Positions 7,828 through 16,564 of a stretch of 20,000 bases of DNA are shown piece after piece (the first letter of the stretch is position 1; the number at the start of each line of letters is the position of its first letter). The position numbers and the translations under genes were made by a program. The notes under the pieces are model-generated. The model was given only the letters and a program-made list of their open reading frames with translations, did not search any database and was not told where the DNA came from. Source of the stretch: an uncultured delta proteobacterium (GTDB lineage: Bacteria > Desulfobacterota > Desulfobacteria > Desulfobacterales > SG8-13); contig CAWKCK010000017.1 in NCBI GenBank assembly GCA_963848135.1, forward strand, positions 1,391,605 through 1,411,604, given 5' to 3'.

Positions 7828-8911
7828 GGGGTATAGATTCAAAACCGAGCGCACTGCGCAGTCGATCGGAGACTTCCCGTGTCAGCTGCAACACTCTCTC
7901 TGCCAGGGACGGTGACAGCGTGCCGGTCCCGCAACTGGGTGTGATAAGGGATTGAGCGGCAATTTGACGGCGGCTGAATCCCAGCTCTTCGATGGCGCGA
8001 ACCTTTTCATACCACTGGGCGGCCAACGATTCGGCAGTTTCCCTGGCCACATCGTCTCCATCACCAGTGGGCACAATGCCCCAGGCCAGAATTTTGCCCG
8101 AGTCGATAAATTTCCGGATCAGTTCGGGATAAAGTATAAAACGGTCAAAGTAAGTATACGCATCAAAATTGATGATGTCTGCCGGAGATTCAAGGGCCAG
8201 CGACCAGTCGGTATTGGCACAGATGTGGACCCCTACAAGCCCACCGGCGGTGTGAACCGCCGCCATGATTTCTTCCAGGCAGGTGGTGATATCGTCCCGA
8301 GACACACTCAAGAATTCCGAAGTGCCGAACCCGGCCAGGGCCGGTTCATCGCAAAAAATAATTACCGAACGATCGGGAGCGGACATCTGGCGCACTTGCC
8401 ATGCGGCTTTCAGGGCTAAAAGCTTGACGGCAGCATCCCGCATCTGCAGATTATAGAAAATGGCTTGCCGATTGTCATCTTTCAATCCGGTGCAAAAAGT
8501 GAACGGACCGGTTACCTGTCCTTTGACTGCGATGGGGTTCGGCTGTTCCGGCAGGTTTTCCATTAATACTTCAAATCCGGGGGCCGTATCGGTGTTGAGA
8601 GTGAAACGGGATCGGTTGAGGTCCAGTTGCCCCTCCATCACGGCCATGTATTCTTCGTAGAATTCCAGGATCTGCTGATCGTAATCCGCCGCTGCGGTAT
8701 CGACAAACGTGCGGCCGTCAACGATACGGACACCAGGCAGGCCTGGTGTAAACTGGGGAATCATGCCCTCACGAGCATGGACCGGTAGCTGAACCCACAG
8801 AGGAATGTCCGGGGTATATTTGAAAACGAGCCGGCTGGCCATGGCATGATCTTCCAGCGGCAGACTGCCGATAAGCAGGGGCCGGCAATCAGCTTCAAAC
8901 TGAAGCGCCAT
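7823..8911 (-). CDS. Core (short, folate-independent, MesB-like) methionine synthase; MetE catalytic-domain superfamily
   Basis: 362 aa. N-terminal IGSLP, KGQVTGPFT and DEP motifs. Zn ligands HIC (GVHICANTDW), Asp in INFDAY and Cys in ITPSCG. Lacks the N-terminal folate-binding half of MetE. Confidence 0.8.
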   Translation of the reverse strand: MALQFEADCRPLLIGSLPLEDHAMASRLVFKYTPDIPLWVQLPVHAREGMIPQFTPGLPGVRIVDGRTFVDTAAADYDQQILEFYEEYMAVMEGQLDLNRSRFTLNTDTAPGFEVLMENLPEQPNPIAVKGQVTGPFTFCTGLKDDNRQAIFYNLQMRDAAVKLLALKAAWQVRQMSAPDRSVIIFCDEPALAGFGTSEFLSVSRDDITTCLEEIMAAVHTAGGLVGVHICANTDWSLALESPADIINFDAYTYFDRFILYPELIRKFIDSGKILAWGIVPTGDGDDVARETAESLAAQWYEKVRAIEELGFSRRQIAAQSLITPSCGTGTLSPSLAERVLQLTREVSDRLRSALGFESIPQ

Positions 8912-9131
8912 TCAAGATTCCTCTCCGTGTGGATTCCAATTGCGTGTCATCTCAGCCTTTACCGAAACTGTCCGCAACAATCAGAAAATGAGAAAGTGGT
9001 ATTTGTAACATGAACCTATATCGTTGACAAGACAGTTCACCAGTAGGAATATACGCCGTCGGCTATCATAATGCCGGATGATCAATCAACCCGCTCGACC
9101 GGACAGATAACCACCCTGAAAAGATTTCATG

Positions 9132-9281
9132 ATTCAATGACCTCCGGCAACGTTGGATGAATGGCTTGTGAACCGCTCAAAGCAGTCTTTTAAAACCATT
9201 ATTTCGGGAGTTTTTTAACTCCTGGAACTGATAATTTTTCAGAGTCTTACCAGCAAAGCGAAGGATTTACCGATGATTATT
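9132..9281. mobile_element. Degenerate non-autonomous IS200/IS605-type remnant, copy 2
   Basis: ATTCAATGACCTCCGGCAA...TGTGAACCGCTCAAAGCAG...GAGTCTTACCAGCAAAGC...TTTACCGATGATTATT. Collinear with copy 1 but retains about 70 more internal nt. No transposase. Confidence 0.6.
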
Positions 9282-9323
9282 ATTCGGGCTCGGGTTTTCG
9301 CCATTTCCGGCTGATCGGAATGA

Positions 9324-9352
9324 TTGACACCTTTATATGCCGGTGCTATAGT
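9324..9352 (+). promoter_or_regulatory. Strong sigma70 promoter upstream of tatA
   Basis: TTGACA (9324-9329), 17 nt, TATAGT (9347-9352), with an extended -10 TG at 9344-9345. Confidence 0.75.
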
Positions 9353-9562
9353 CTGAGCCTGCTCGATTTCTGCCGAAAGACAAATTAGTACAACAATTGC
9401 GGTGGTTTATACTAAAATGGCTGCAGGTGTTCGAGCGAAGGCAACCCGGCATATATACATGACAAACCTGACTTGGTTGGCCAGGATGCGCTATTGTCCG
9501 CGTACAAGCGATAACCGGGGTCGGAACACGAAAAAGATAATTCCCACGGATAGGAGGAATAT

Positions 9563-9748
9563 ATGTTTGGAATCGGAATGCCGGAGCTGATTATTATTCT
9601 GGTGATCATCCTGATCATATTCGGAGCCGGCAAACTACCGGAAATCGGAGCAGGAATGGGAAAAGCCATCCGCAACTTCAAGGGCGCCACCAAAGAAGAC
9701 GAGCAACCGAAGGATCCTGAAAAGATCGAAGAAAAGAAGGACGCCTGA
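9563..9748 (+). CDS. tatA: Twin-arginine translocase subunit TatA/E
   Basis: [40 protein letters not shown] signature and an AGGAGG RBS. Confidence 0.97.
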   Translation: MFGIGMPELIIILVIILIIFGAGKLPEIGAGMGKAIRNFKGATKEDEQPKDPEKIEEKKDA

Positions 9749-9801
9749 TTTTCACGTCCTGTGTTCAGTAACGCGTCTTTCCGTCACCTCAACTTCGCTC
9801 A

Positions 9802-9831
9802 TAAAGGGCAGTTTCATGACGCTGCCCTTTA
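9802..9831. terminator. Hairpin between convergent tatA and ssb (possible bidirectional terminator)
   Basis: TAAAGGGCAG / CTGCCCTTTA perfect 10-bp stem with a 10-nt loop. Confidence 0.6.
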
Positions 9832-9920
9832 CTCGACCCGCCTTGAAATCCCAACGCTTTATATACCAGAGTGTTGAAAAATATTATGCGCGCCGGCTAT
9901 CCAAGGTAAAATTCGACTCC

Positions 9921-10349
9921 TCAGAAAGGGATGTCATCATCCTGCGAATCCGAGTACGGCGTCTCGGCGTCCGGAGGTGGGGGCCCACCATAAGCGTCCC
10001 GCGACTTGGCAGACTCTTTGGGTCCCAAGAACTGGACTTCATTGGCAACGACTTCGGTGGTGTAGCGCTTGTTACCATCCTTGTCCTGCCAATCCCGGGT
10101 CTGCAACCGTCCTTCCACATACACCTGCCGGCCTTTCGAGAGATATTCGCCGCACAACTCGCCAAGCTTACGCCAGGCGACGATACGGTGCCATTCTGTC
10201 CGCTCCTTTTTCTCACCGCTGCTCTTGTCGTTCCATTCCTGTGACGTCGCAATCGAAAAAGTTGCAACGGCAGTGCCGTCCGGCGTGTAGCGGACTTCCG
10301 GATCGCGCCCCAGGTTACCGATCAGAATAACTTTGTTGATTCCGGCCAT
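9921..10349 (-). CDS. ssb: Single-stranded DNA-binding protein
   Basis: [22 protein letters not shown] and [12 protein letters not shown] motifs, acidic tip DDDIPF, GGGAGG RBS. Confidence 0.98.
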   Translation of the reverse strand: MAGINKVILIGNLGRDPEVRYTPDGTAVATFSIATSQEWNDKSSGEKKERTEWHRIVAWRKLGELCGEYLSKGRQVYVEGRLQTRDWQDKDGNKRYTTEVVANEVQFLGPKESAKSRDAYGGPPPPDAETPYSDSQDDDIPF

Positions 10350-10365
10350 GTTTTCTATCCCTCCC

Positions 10366-10433
10366 TGTCTATATTCTCAAAACATAGTGTCACTGTCGCA
10401 AACATAGTGTCATTGGCCGAAAGATAATGTCAC
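10366..10433 (+). mobile_element. Putative Tn7/Mu-like transposon end (8-bp terminus plus three 20-bp transposase-binding-like repeats)
   Basis: TGTCTATA | TTCTCAAAACATAGTGTCAC | TGTCGCAAACATAGTGTCAT | TGGCCGAAAGATAATGTCAC. It coincides with the switch from housekeeping genes to AT-richer accessory DNA. No transposase or second end lies in the window. Confidence 0.6.
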
Positions 10434-10821
10434 TTCAGAAAAAAAATATCGTTCATTTTGCCGGTCTCAATAGCGGCTTCTGGACATTTTCCCCCAAGAA
10501 AGTGCTCGACCCTTGGGCCGGGTATTCCATCTGATGGATTCGCTAGGTAATTTTTAGAATTAATTTCCAGCCCTGAAACACTTGTTGATATATGAACTAC
10601 CGAATCTGACGATTATGTCAAGAGGGCTTCTATCGTCCCTTCCTGATCATGACAATCAAGGTGGGACATTACCCGTAATTCGATAAAAAAACAAGTTTCG
10701 AGGGGTTATGGTTATTTTTAGTTTTTAAGAGACCCTCACAGTAAGGGTATATAGCAGCAGGTTGGACTTTCGCCGTGGCAGCTTTTGCCGTGATAGGTTG
10801 ATCTTATATTGAGAAAAATTG

Positions 10822-10853
10822 AAAAAAGCCGACTACCAGATGTAGTAGTTGGC
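10822..10853 (-). terminator. Possible terminator after the NfeD gene
   Basis: Minus strand GCCAACTAC-8 nt-GTAGTCGGC-TTTTTT, with one mismatch in the stem. Confidence 0.4.
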
Positions 10854-10920
10854 CTTCATGGTTTCGGAGTTATTAAAAGTTTCGCTTAAATGAAAACAAT
10901 TAAATATAATTCTGGACACC

Positions 10921-11220
10921 TCACCTCTTCCAAGGGTTGACCTGCAACGTTAACCCTTCCACATTTTGGATAACCACTCTATCACCAGGCAATAAAGGGG
11001 CTTCACTGACAGCCTTCCATAGTTCCCCGTTCACGAAAACTTTTCCTTCATTCTTCTTCCAGTGTTTGACCTCACCCACCTTACCCAACATGCCTGAAAC
11101 CCCACAAATAGGTTTTCTCTTTCTTCCCATGAAAAACCAGAACAGAGGAAAGGCCACGTGCTCAATCAGCTCAAAAAGAATAAACCCTATAACCAGAGTC
11201 AATATAATATTTTCTATCAT
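10921..11220 (-). CDS. Short NfeD-family protein (membrane anchor plus C-terminal OB fold)
   Basis: Hydrophobic N-terminus, then GMLGKVGEV...GKVFVNGELWKAVS...LLPGDRVVIQNVEGLTLQV. Confidence 0.88.
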   Translation of the reverse strand: MIENIILTLVIGFILFELIEHVAFPLFWFFMGRKRKPICGVSGMLGKVGEVKHWKKNEGKVFVNGELWKAVSEAPLLPGDRVVIQNVEGLTLQVNPWKR

Positions 11221-11287
11221 CCTTTGTTCCGGGTTTAAATAATGGAATCAAGCATTAAGCCTACCAAGTCAATCGCCTATGCGAATA

Positions 11288-11869
11288 TCACTCAGGAATC
11301 TTAACATCGTCATCATCATATATCCCATTTTCGGCGGTTGTGTGACATGCTATACAGTTCGACAATGAGCCAATAGATTTACGTTTGAAAATCGCGGGGT
11401 CCAATTCATGATGCTTTTTACGGATATAAGGAATATCGGTAATCCGTATGGGTACCTGGCCTCCCAAACATCTCATGATTTTCACTGATCGCTCTGCTGA
11501 AGAGTTCTCCGCACCATTCGTTGTGAGATAATCTGAAATGTTTTTTATTGTAGCCGGATCGGTCTCAATTTCCTCTCCGAAATGGTTATTAAGTTGGTTT
11601 AAAATTTTCAGCCATGACGCGGATGGCAACAGCTCCGGCTGATATGCGAAATGACACTCACCACATGTTTCTTTATATGTTTGGTTGGTCACCGGCTTCA
11701 AATGGTCGTTGTTGTCATGACCGTTTCTATCATCATCAACCTTTTGACGTCCCCCTCGATACCGGTATCTTTTTTTATAATGGTCATCATCAGAAAGAGC
11801 TTCGAAAATACAACTGAATGTCAAAAAAAACGAAACTGTAAATATGATGTATTTGGTAGAAGGTTTCAT
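11288..11869 (-). CDS. Diheme cytochrome c (DHC family)
   Basis: Signal peptide and two CxxCH motifs (CGECH, CIACH). Family motifs YQPELLPSASW, HFG, RITDIPY and KHHE. Confidence 0.9.
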   Translation of the reverse strand: MKPSTKYIIFTVSFFLTFSCIFEALSDDDHYKKRYRYRGGRQKVDDDRNGHDNNDHLKPVTNQTYKETCGECHFAYQPELLPSASWLKILNQLNNHFGEEIETDPATIKNISDYLTTNGAENSSAERSVKIMRCLGGQVPIRITDIPYIRKKHHELDPAIFKRKSIGSLSNCIACHTTAENGIYDDDDVKIPE

Positions 11870-11923
11870 TTTATCTCCTATTCAATCACATTGAGGCTGA
11901 AATGAATCGTAACAATTGGAAAT

Positions 11924-12853
11924 TTAACCTCTGAACCGGGTCAATTTTCCAACAATTGCTCTGGTGACCTTACGTATTAATTTAAAACACCCGACCAGTA
12001 ATTTCAGAATCAATATCACCAAGATTTTGCAAACGATAAAGAAGGTTTTTAATTTGTCTTTTGAAATAATCCTGTTCAAAAGTATTGGTTCTAATTTTAT
12101 TCCAGTTCGGTACGTCTTGTTGCTAACAGAATCGTTTTTAGTATACACTTTCTTCTTTAACTCTTTATCCTTTCCTAAACTTCGACATATACCTCCTGTA
12201 TCTGAATAATAAATTGCGTAACTCTTACAGAAATATTTGGTTCCTTCCCAGTCCGGCAATTGAATAAGTTTTTGCAGAAATTCTCCTTTTCTAATTCCGG
12301 TTCGTTTGGTTTCACCTTGTTCAAGGAACAAGATGCTACCATTTATAAAACATCTTCCTTCATTTAAACTGTTCAAACCGCTACATGATTTCCAAAACAG
12401 TTGGCCGTTGTTTTTTTTCATGATTTCATACTGGTTTAGTTTATAGGAAATATCTCCGCTTTTATAAGTCTCAATCGATTTATACTTATTTTTGGTAACC
12501 CCTGTTTGAATTGATTCATTTTCTCGGAGAATAGTTTCATCCTGCAAACGGTTGTTACTTCTCTCAAGAAGTGGTTTGATTCTACCGGTTTTACACTCAT
12601 AAATCTTGTAGCTCGTGCAGTAGTATTTAGTTTTTTCCCATTTCGGTAATTTGTTGAGGTGATCCAGAAACTCTCCCTTTAAAAATCCCGGCCCTGCATT
12701 AACACCCGGCATTAAATAAAGAATATCTCCATTTATAAAGCATTTTCCATTTTTCAAAGTACCTAAACCAAAATGGCATTCCCACACCAAATCACCGTAC
12801 ACGTTCTCGATAATTTTATACTCGGATAATTTATAGGCGATTGTTTGCATCAT
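11924..12853 (-). CDS. Hypothetical protein with two tandem copies of an 86-aa domain and a C-terminal hydrophobic/basic tail
   Basis: 309-aa ORF in AT-rich DNA. Residues 5-90 and 135-220 align without gaps, with 43/86 identities counted by hand. Confidence 0.8.
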   Translation of the reverse strand: MMQTIAYKLSEYKIIENVYGDLVWECHFGLGTLKNGKCFINGDILYLMPGVNAGPGFLKGEFLDHLNKLPKWEKTKYYCTSYKIYECKTGRIKPLLERSNNRLQDETILRENESIQTGVTKNKYKSIETYKSGDISYKLNQYEIMKKNNGQLFWKSCSGLNSLNEGRCFINGSILFLEQGETKRTGIRKGEFLQKLIQLPDWEGTKYFCKSYAIYYSDTGGICRSLGKDKELKKKVYTKNDSVSNKTYRTGIKLEPILLNRIISKDKLKTFFIVCKILVILILKLLVGCFKLIRKVTRAIVGKLTRFRG

Positions 12854-12962
12854 TTGCCTGTTACTTCTTTAATAATTGATCCCAAATCTTAAACTGGAAA
12901 CCAGATGTTTCAAAAATAGAGACTGTTCAGGCTGGAAAATGCAGGTCTTATCGAAAAAGGGA

Positions 12963-13377
12963 TTATATAAGAAGAGAGAGATTTTGCAGATACGCAGGTA
13001 GAGATCGAGTCTTTAACGGTTTAATATGATGAGGAAAAATAATCTTTATTAAATCGATATTGGACTGGTAATCAGATAAATTAAATAAAATAGATGGGGT
13101 AACAAGTATTTCTAGTTTTAGTTATCGAGTGGGCACCGTTTGACGCCTTAAGGGTTTGTATGTCCTCCAAATTACAACTTTTGCATTGGGTTCCTAAACA
13201 GCGAGTATGAAATAGAAAACTTATACTTGACCATTCTTTACCTTGAATACCATGTAGACATGCCCCTCCGCAAAGACACGCTTGCGGCAACAGACTGTTC
13301 GCAAAGAGTCCTATGATGAGAAATTTTATAAAATACAGTCTGAATATTTTTAAATTTCTCAGCAAATTATTTTCCAT
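12963..13377 (-). pseudogene. Cys/His-rich exported leader-like protein, frameshifted (+1 nt)
   Basis: ORF 13081..13377 has a hydrophobic segment, then ACLCGGACLH and HTRCLGTQCKSC. Removing one base near the T4 run at 13116-13119 extends it as KLEILVTPSILFNLSDYQSNIDLIKIIFPHHIKPLKTRSLPAYLQNLSLLI* to 12963 (137 aa). Confidence 0.6.
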
Positions 13378-13569
13378 CGTTATAGCCCGTCAAGAATTCC
13401 AATGGGCTACCGCAGTTACTCGTTTTTTATAACACATCTTCAAAATGTTATTCAAGACACTTTGGATATTTTTGCAGAAACACAAATTATAAGCCGTAAA
13501 TTATAGAAGAAACTTTGTAATTGAATATACAGTCTGGCTATATTCAAAAAATCCGGCTTTCCTAACCTT

Positions 13570-14411
13570 TTATGGCTTGATGTTTGGTTGCAAATCCAAT
13601 GCCTCGCGCAGAAAGGACACGGCTCGCTTTCGACTATCATATGCCGCCTCTGGATCCCACTGAAGAATGGCGGTCTGGTTCTTTGCAAATGGTGCATAAC
13701 CCTTCCAGGATCCTGCGCGATCGAATCCATGGTGAGCATCGGGATACAATTTCAATGAAACTACGCCTGGTTGTTTCTCGTTCAACCAATCGCAAAAGTT
13801 CTTGCAAGTCTCTCCGTCGCCCCAGGAATCTTTCTCTCCGCTCATTATAAGTATCGGGGCTCCTGTTGGTCCGGTCGAATCGAAGTGTTTCTTGAGCCAT
13901 TTGCAGGCGGGATAGAATCCAACGTGAGCAGTAAATCCTTGCTCATCAGGACCGAGCCACTTTTTGACAACTTTGCGTGAAGCAGCTGTTACGCTAATAT
14001 GACCACCGAGCGAAAACCCCATGATAGCAATACGCTCTGGATCGATACGGGGATTTGAACGTATGGCCACTAATGCTCCAAAAGCCCAAGGCAGAAAAGT
14101 TTCAACAGGCGGCCGATCAGAGGGGCCAGTGTAAATATTGCTTTTAAAATCAACCTCAAATGTTGCTATTCCCGCTTCCAGAAGTGCGGGGCGATGAAAT
14201 TCGTATCTACTATCTGGTCCTGCTGTCCCATGAAATAGAATCACCACTGGCACTTTTTGCTGAGCGCTTCAGGTAACGTTAATATACCGCTAAAATTCTT
14301 GGTTGTCGGTTCAAGGCCCTTGAATCTAAGAGTTTGGCGGTTTACCTGCGATGTACACTCAGGTAATGCAATTAAAATAAATAATGCCAATGATATCCGA
14401 ACCCATGCCAT
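13570..14411 (-). pseudogene. Dienelactone hydrolase-family alpha/beta hydrolase, frameshifted (-1 nt)
   Basis: Catalytic GFSLGG, GEKDSW and YPDAHHGFD lie in ORF 13570..14253. The signal peptide and first strands (MAWVRISLALFILIALPEC...FSGILTLPEALSKK) are in another frame. Adding one base to the T5 run at 14254-14258 joins them as ...SKKVPVVILFHG (280 aa). Confidence 0.8.
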
Positions 14412-15157
14412 TGAAATTCTCTTGCAGTTAATAATTGCACGATATCGTATGATCCAGAAGCTTTGTGTTACATTGGGATTTTCTGGCAAATATCGGAAAC
14501 CTCGAAACGTGTATAATTGTATCTAATTGGAAATAATGACAATTTAAAAGATACTTTCTGGGCTATTTAAGCTATAACCTGCCTATTGTCAGTGTGTCAA
14601 ATCAAAATCGTGATCGATCAGTTCCCCAGCAATCAAAAATCACAAGAACAATAATCAAAAAGATGCCAATTCCACTTAATGAGAAAGGTATTGCAGAAGG
14701 ATGCCCTAATGGGGAAAATCGGCGTTGATTTTGAGAGCGGGGAGGTAGGGCTGTTGGATTGAGACCGGAACTGCAGAACCGTTTTCAGCTGAAATGCGAA
14801 ATGGAATTTGGAATTTTGGGGTCAGATGACGGGTTGGCTGGATTTTGGCTTGGGAAAGAAAATGGGGATAAAGATTGGGGCCGAGCATCTGTTTATTGAC
14901 AAATGGATTCGAGCATCATAAATGCTATGGTTAAGATAGCCAAAAAGTATATGGAATTACAGTCAGTTGAAGGTATTGGCAAGATAGCTGTAATATCCGC
15001 CCCTCCTATTTTCGTGTGATACACGAAACAAAGCTTGATCGATAAAAAAAATGATGATTCTCCTTGTTCAATTATTTCTATCCCTTGCCACCACAAAGAT
15101 TTTTCCTATAAGCTGAACAATTAGCCAAATGAAGGTACACTTTTCGGAGGGACTAAT

Positions 15158-15350
15158 ATGTCTATCGAATCGAGGAATTTAAACTTTTAATTTTGGCGCT
15201 TATTTTCTCAGTTATTGGCACTGCCAACCATGGCGGCTAAACAATAGGATTGGAAGCGTTTTTGCTTCGAACTGGAAGGTGGGCCGGTCTGGCAGGCCAA
15301 AAACGACGTGCTGATTCCTGGAAACTCCGGAACTGAATTTTTGTTAAGGA
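15158..15350 (+). pseudogene. Degraded 5' remnant of an exported (possibly outer-membrane) protein gene
   Basis: CGGAGG RBS and ATG at 15158. Signal-peptide pieces are spread over different frames (KLLILALIFS; LLALPTMAA), followed by an in-frame stop, then DWKRFCFELEGGPVWQAKNDVLIPGNSGTEF, then truncation. Confidence 0.4.
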
Positions 15351-15372
15351 TTGTTCGCTGGAGAGTAAAAAC

Positions 15373-15750
15373 ATGAAAACCCGCATTTTTCTGATCTTCT
15401 GTTCGGTCGGCTTGGTACCGATCGCGTTAGGCTATGGAGCCAATCCGTCGGCCACCCTGGACGCCCTCTTTGGCATCACAGTCGACACGACCAATCTCAC
15501 GCACATCATGCGGGCAGTAATGGGCCTGTATTTTGGAATGGTCGTGATCTGGGTTTGGGGTGCTTTTAAAAAGCAGATGACCGCTCCGGCGCTCTTGAGC
15601 TGCGCGGTTTTCATGCTCGGACTTGCCGCCGGACGCGTACTAAGTTTCATTCTGGACGGCCTGCCGCATTGGCTGCTTATCGTATATGCGGTCCTTGAGA
15701 TTGTGCTCGGCCTGATCGCGATCACCCTTTACAGGGGAAGGACTACATAG
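15373..15750 (+). CDS. Small 4-TM membrane protein (DUF4345-like)
   Basis: GGAG RBS, four hydrophobic helices, and motifs HIMRAVMGLY and GLAAGRVLSFILDGLP. Confidence 0.8.
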   Translation: MKTRIFLIFCSVGLVPIALGYGANPSATLDALFGITVDTTNLTHIMRAVMGLYFGMVVIWVWGAFKKQMTAPALLSCAVFMLGLAAGRVLSFILDGLPHWLLIVYAVLEIVLGLIAITLYRGRTT

Positions 15751-15913
15751 TGGCGAAGGGGCCCGACGGCGGTTCGCTGCGGTTCGCAAGTTTATAAGTT
15801 GGAGAATCTCGAAACGGCGCCTGTCCGCGAGTTACCGCCCCTGGTGGATTGTTATTCACCGTCCATCCGGCGTTCGCGTTGCCCGTTCATTTTCAAAAAA
15901 GGATAAGATAACT

Positions 15914-16564
15914 ATGCGTAAGGCATTGATTGCCGGTGCAACCGGCGCGATCGGCTCGGTGTTACTGGAATTACTGAACGACTCCGACCAATACTCGGAA
16001 ATTCACTGTATCGGAAGGCGAGAACCACCCACCTCAGGCGAAAAGATCAAGGCTCATATCGTCAGCTACGATGAGCTGGATCAGCTCAATTTTCAGCAAC
16101 CCATCGATGACGTTTTCTGCGCTATAGGGACCACCATCAAGACCGCGGGCTCGGTGAAGGGCTTCAAGAAAGTGGATCGAGATTATGTTCATTTAGTGGG
16201 CAAACTGGCCCAACGTCTGAACGCGAAGACCTGCTCCGTGATCAGCGCCATCGGAGCCGACGCCGGATCGTCCAACTTCTACAACCAGACCAAGGGCGAG
16301 GCCGAGGAACTGCTGCAGAGCCTGGGCCTGAGATCGCTCCGCATCTTCCGCCCCTCCTTGCTGCACGGCGGCCGCGATGAGTTTCGTTTGAAGGAAGTGG
16401 TGGGTTTCGTGGTGCTCACGATCATGACCCCGCTGCTGCAGGGGCCATGGAAAAAATACCGCGCCATCCGCGTCGAACAGGTCGCGAAAGCCATGTATGA
16501 AAGCGCTCGGCAAGATTACCCGGCGGTACAAATTTTCGAAAGCGACGAGATCCAGCGTTTCTAG
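15914..16564 (+). CDS. NAD(P)-binding atypical SDR, YraR/TIP30(CC3)-like
   Basis: GATGAIG, FCAIGTTIKTAGS, VDRDY, SAIGA, YNQTKGEAE and FRPSLL motifs. Confidence 0.92.
   Translation: MRKALIAGATGAIGSVLLELLNDSDQYSEIHCIGRREPPTSGEKIKAHIVSYDELDQLNFQQPIDDVFCAIGTTIKTAGSVKGFKKVDRDYVHLVGKLAQRLNAKTCSVISAIGADAGSSNFYNQTKGEAEELLQSLGLRSLRIFRPSLLHGGRDEFRLKEVVGFVVLTIMTPLLQGPWKKYRAIRVEQVAKAMYESARQDYPAVQIFESDEIQRF

Noticed and set aside
3547..8660. Numerous short ORFs antisense or off-frame to the kinase, VWA, MoxR and methionine synthase genes
   Set aside because: Contained within or almost wholly overlapping well-supported genes.
9816..10330. ORFs overlapping ssb
   Set aside because: Shadow frames of ssb.
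10374..10433. CRISPR array, Pho box or plasmid iteron reading of the 20-bp repeats
   Set aside because: There are no unique spacers, the period is 20 rather than 11 or 22, and there is no rep gene. An operator array remains the main alternative to a transposon end.
14690..14890. G-rich, strand-skewed non-coding stretch reminiscent of an IS91-like end
   Set aside because: No clear oriIS/terIS motif, hairpins or transposase remnant that I can support.
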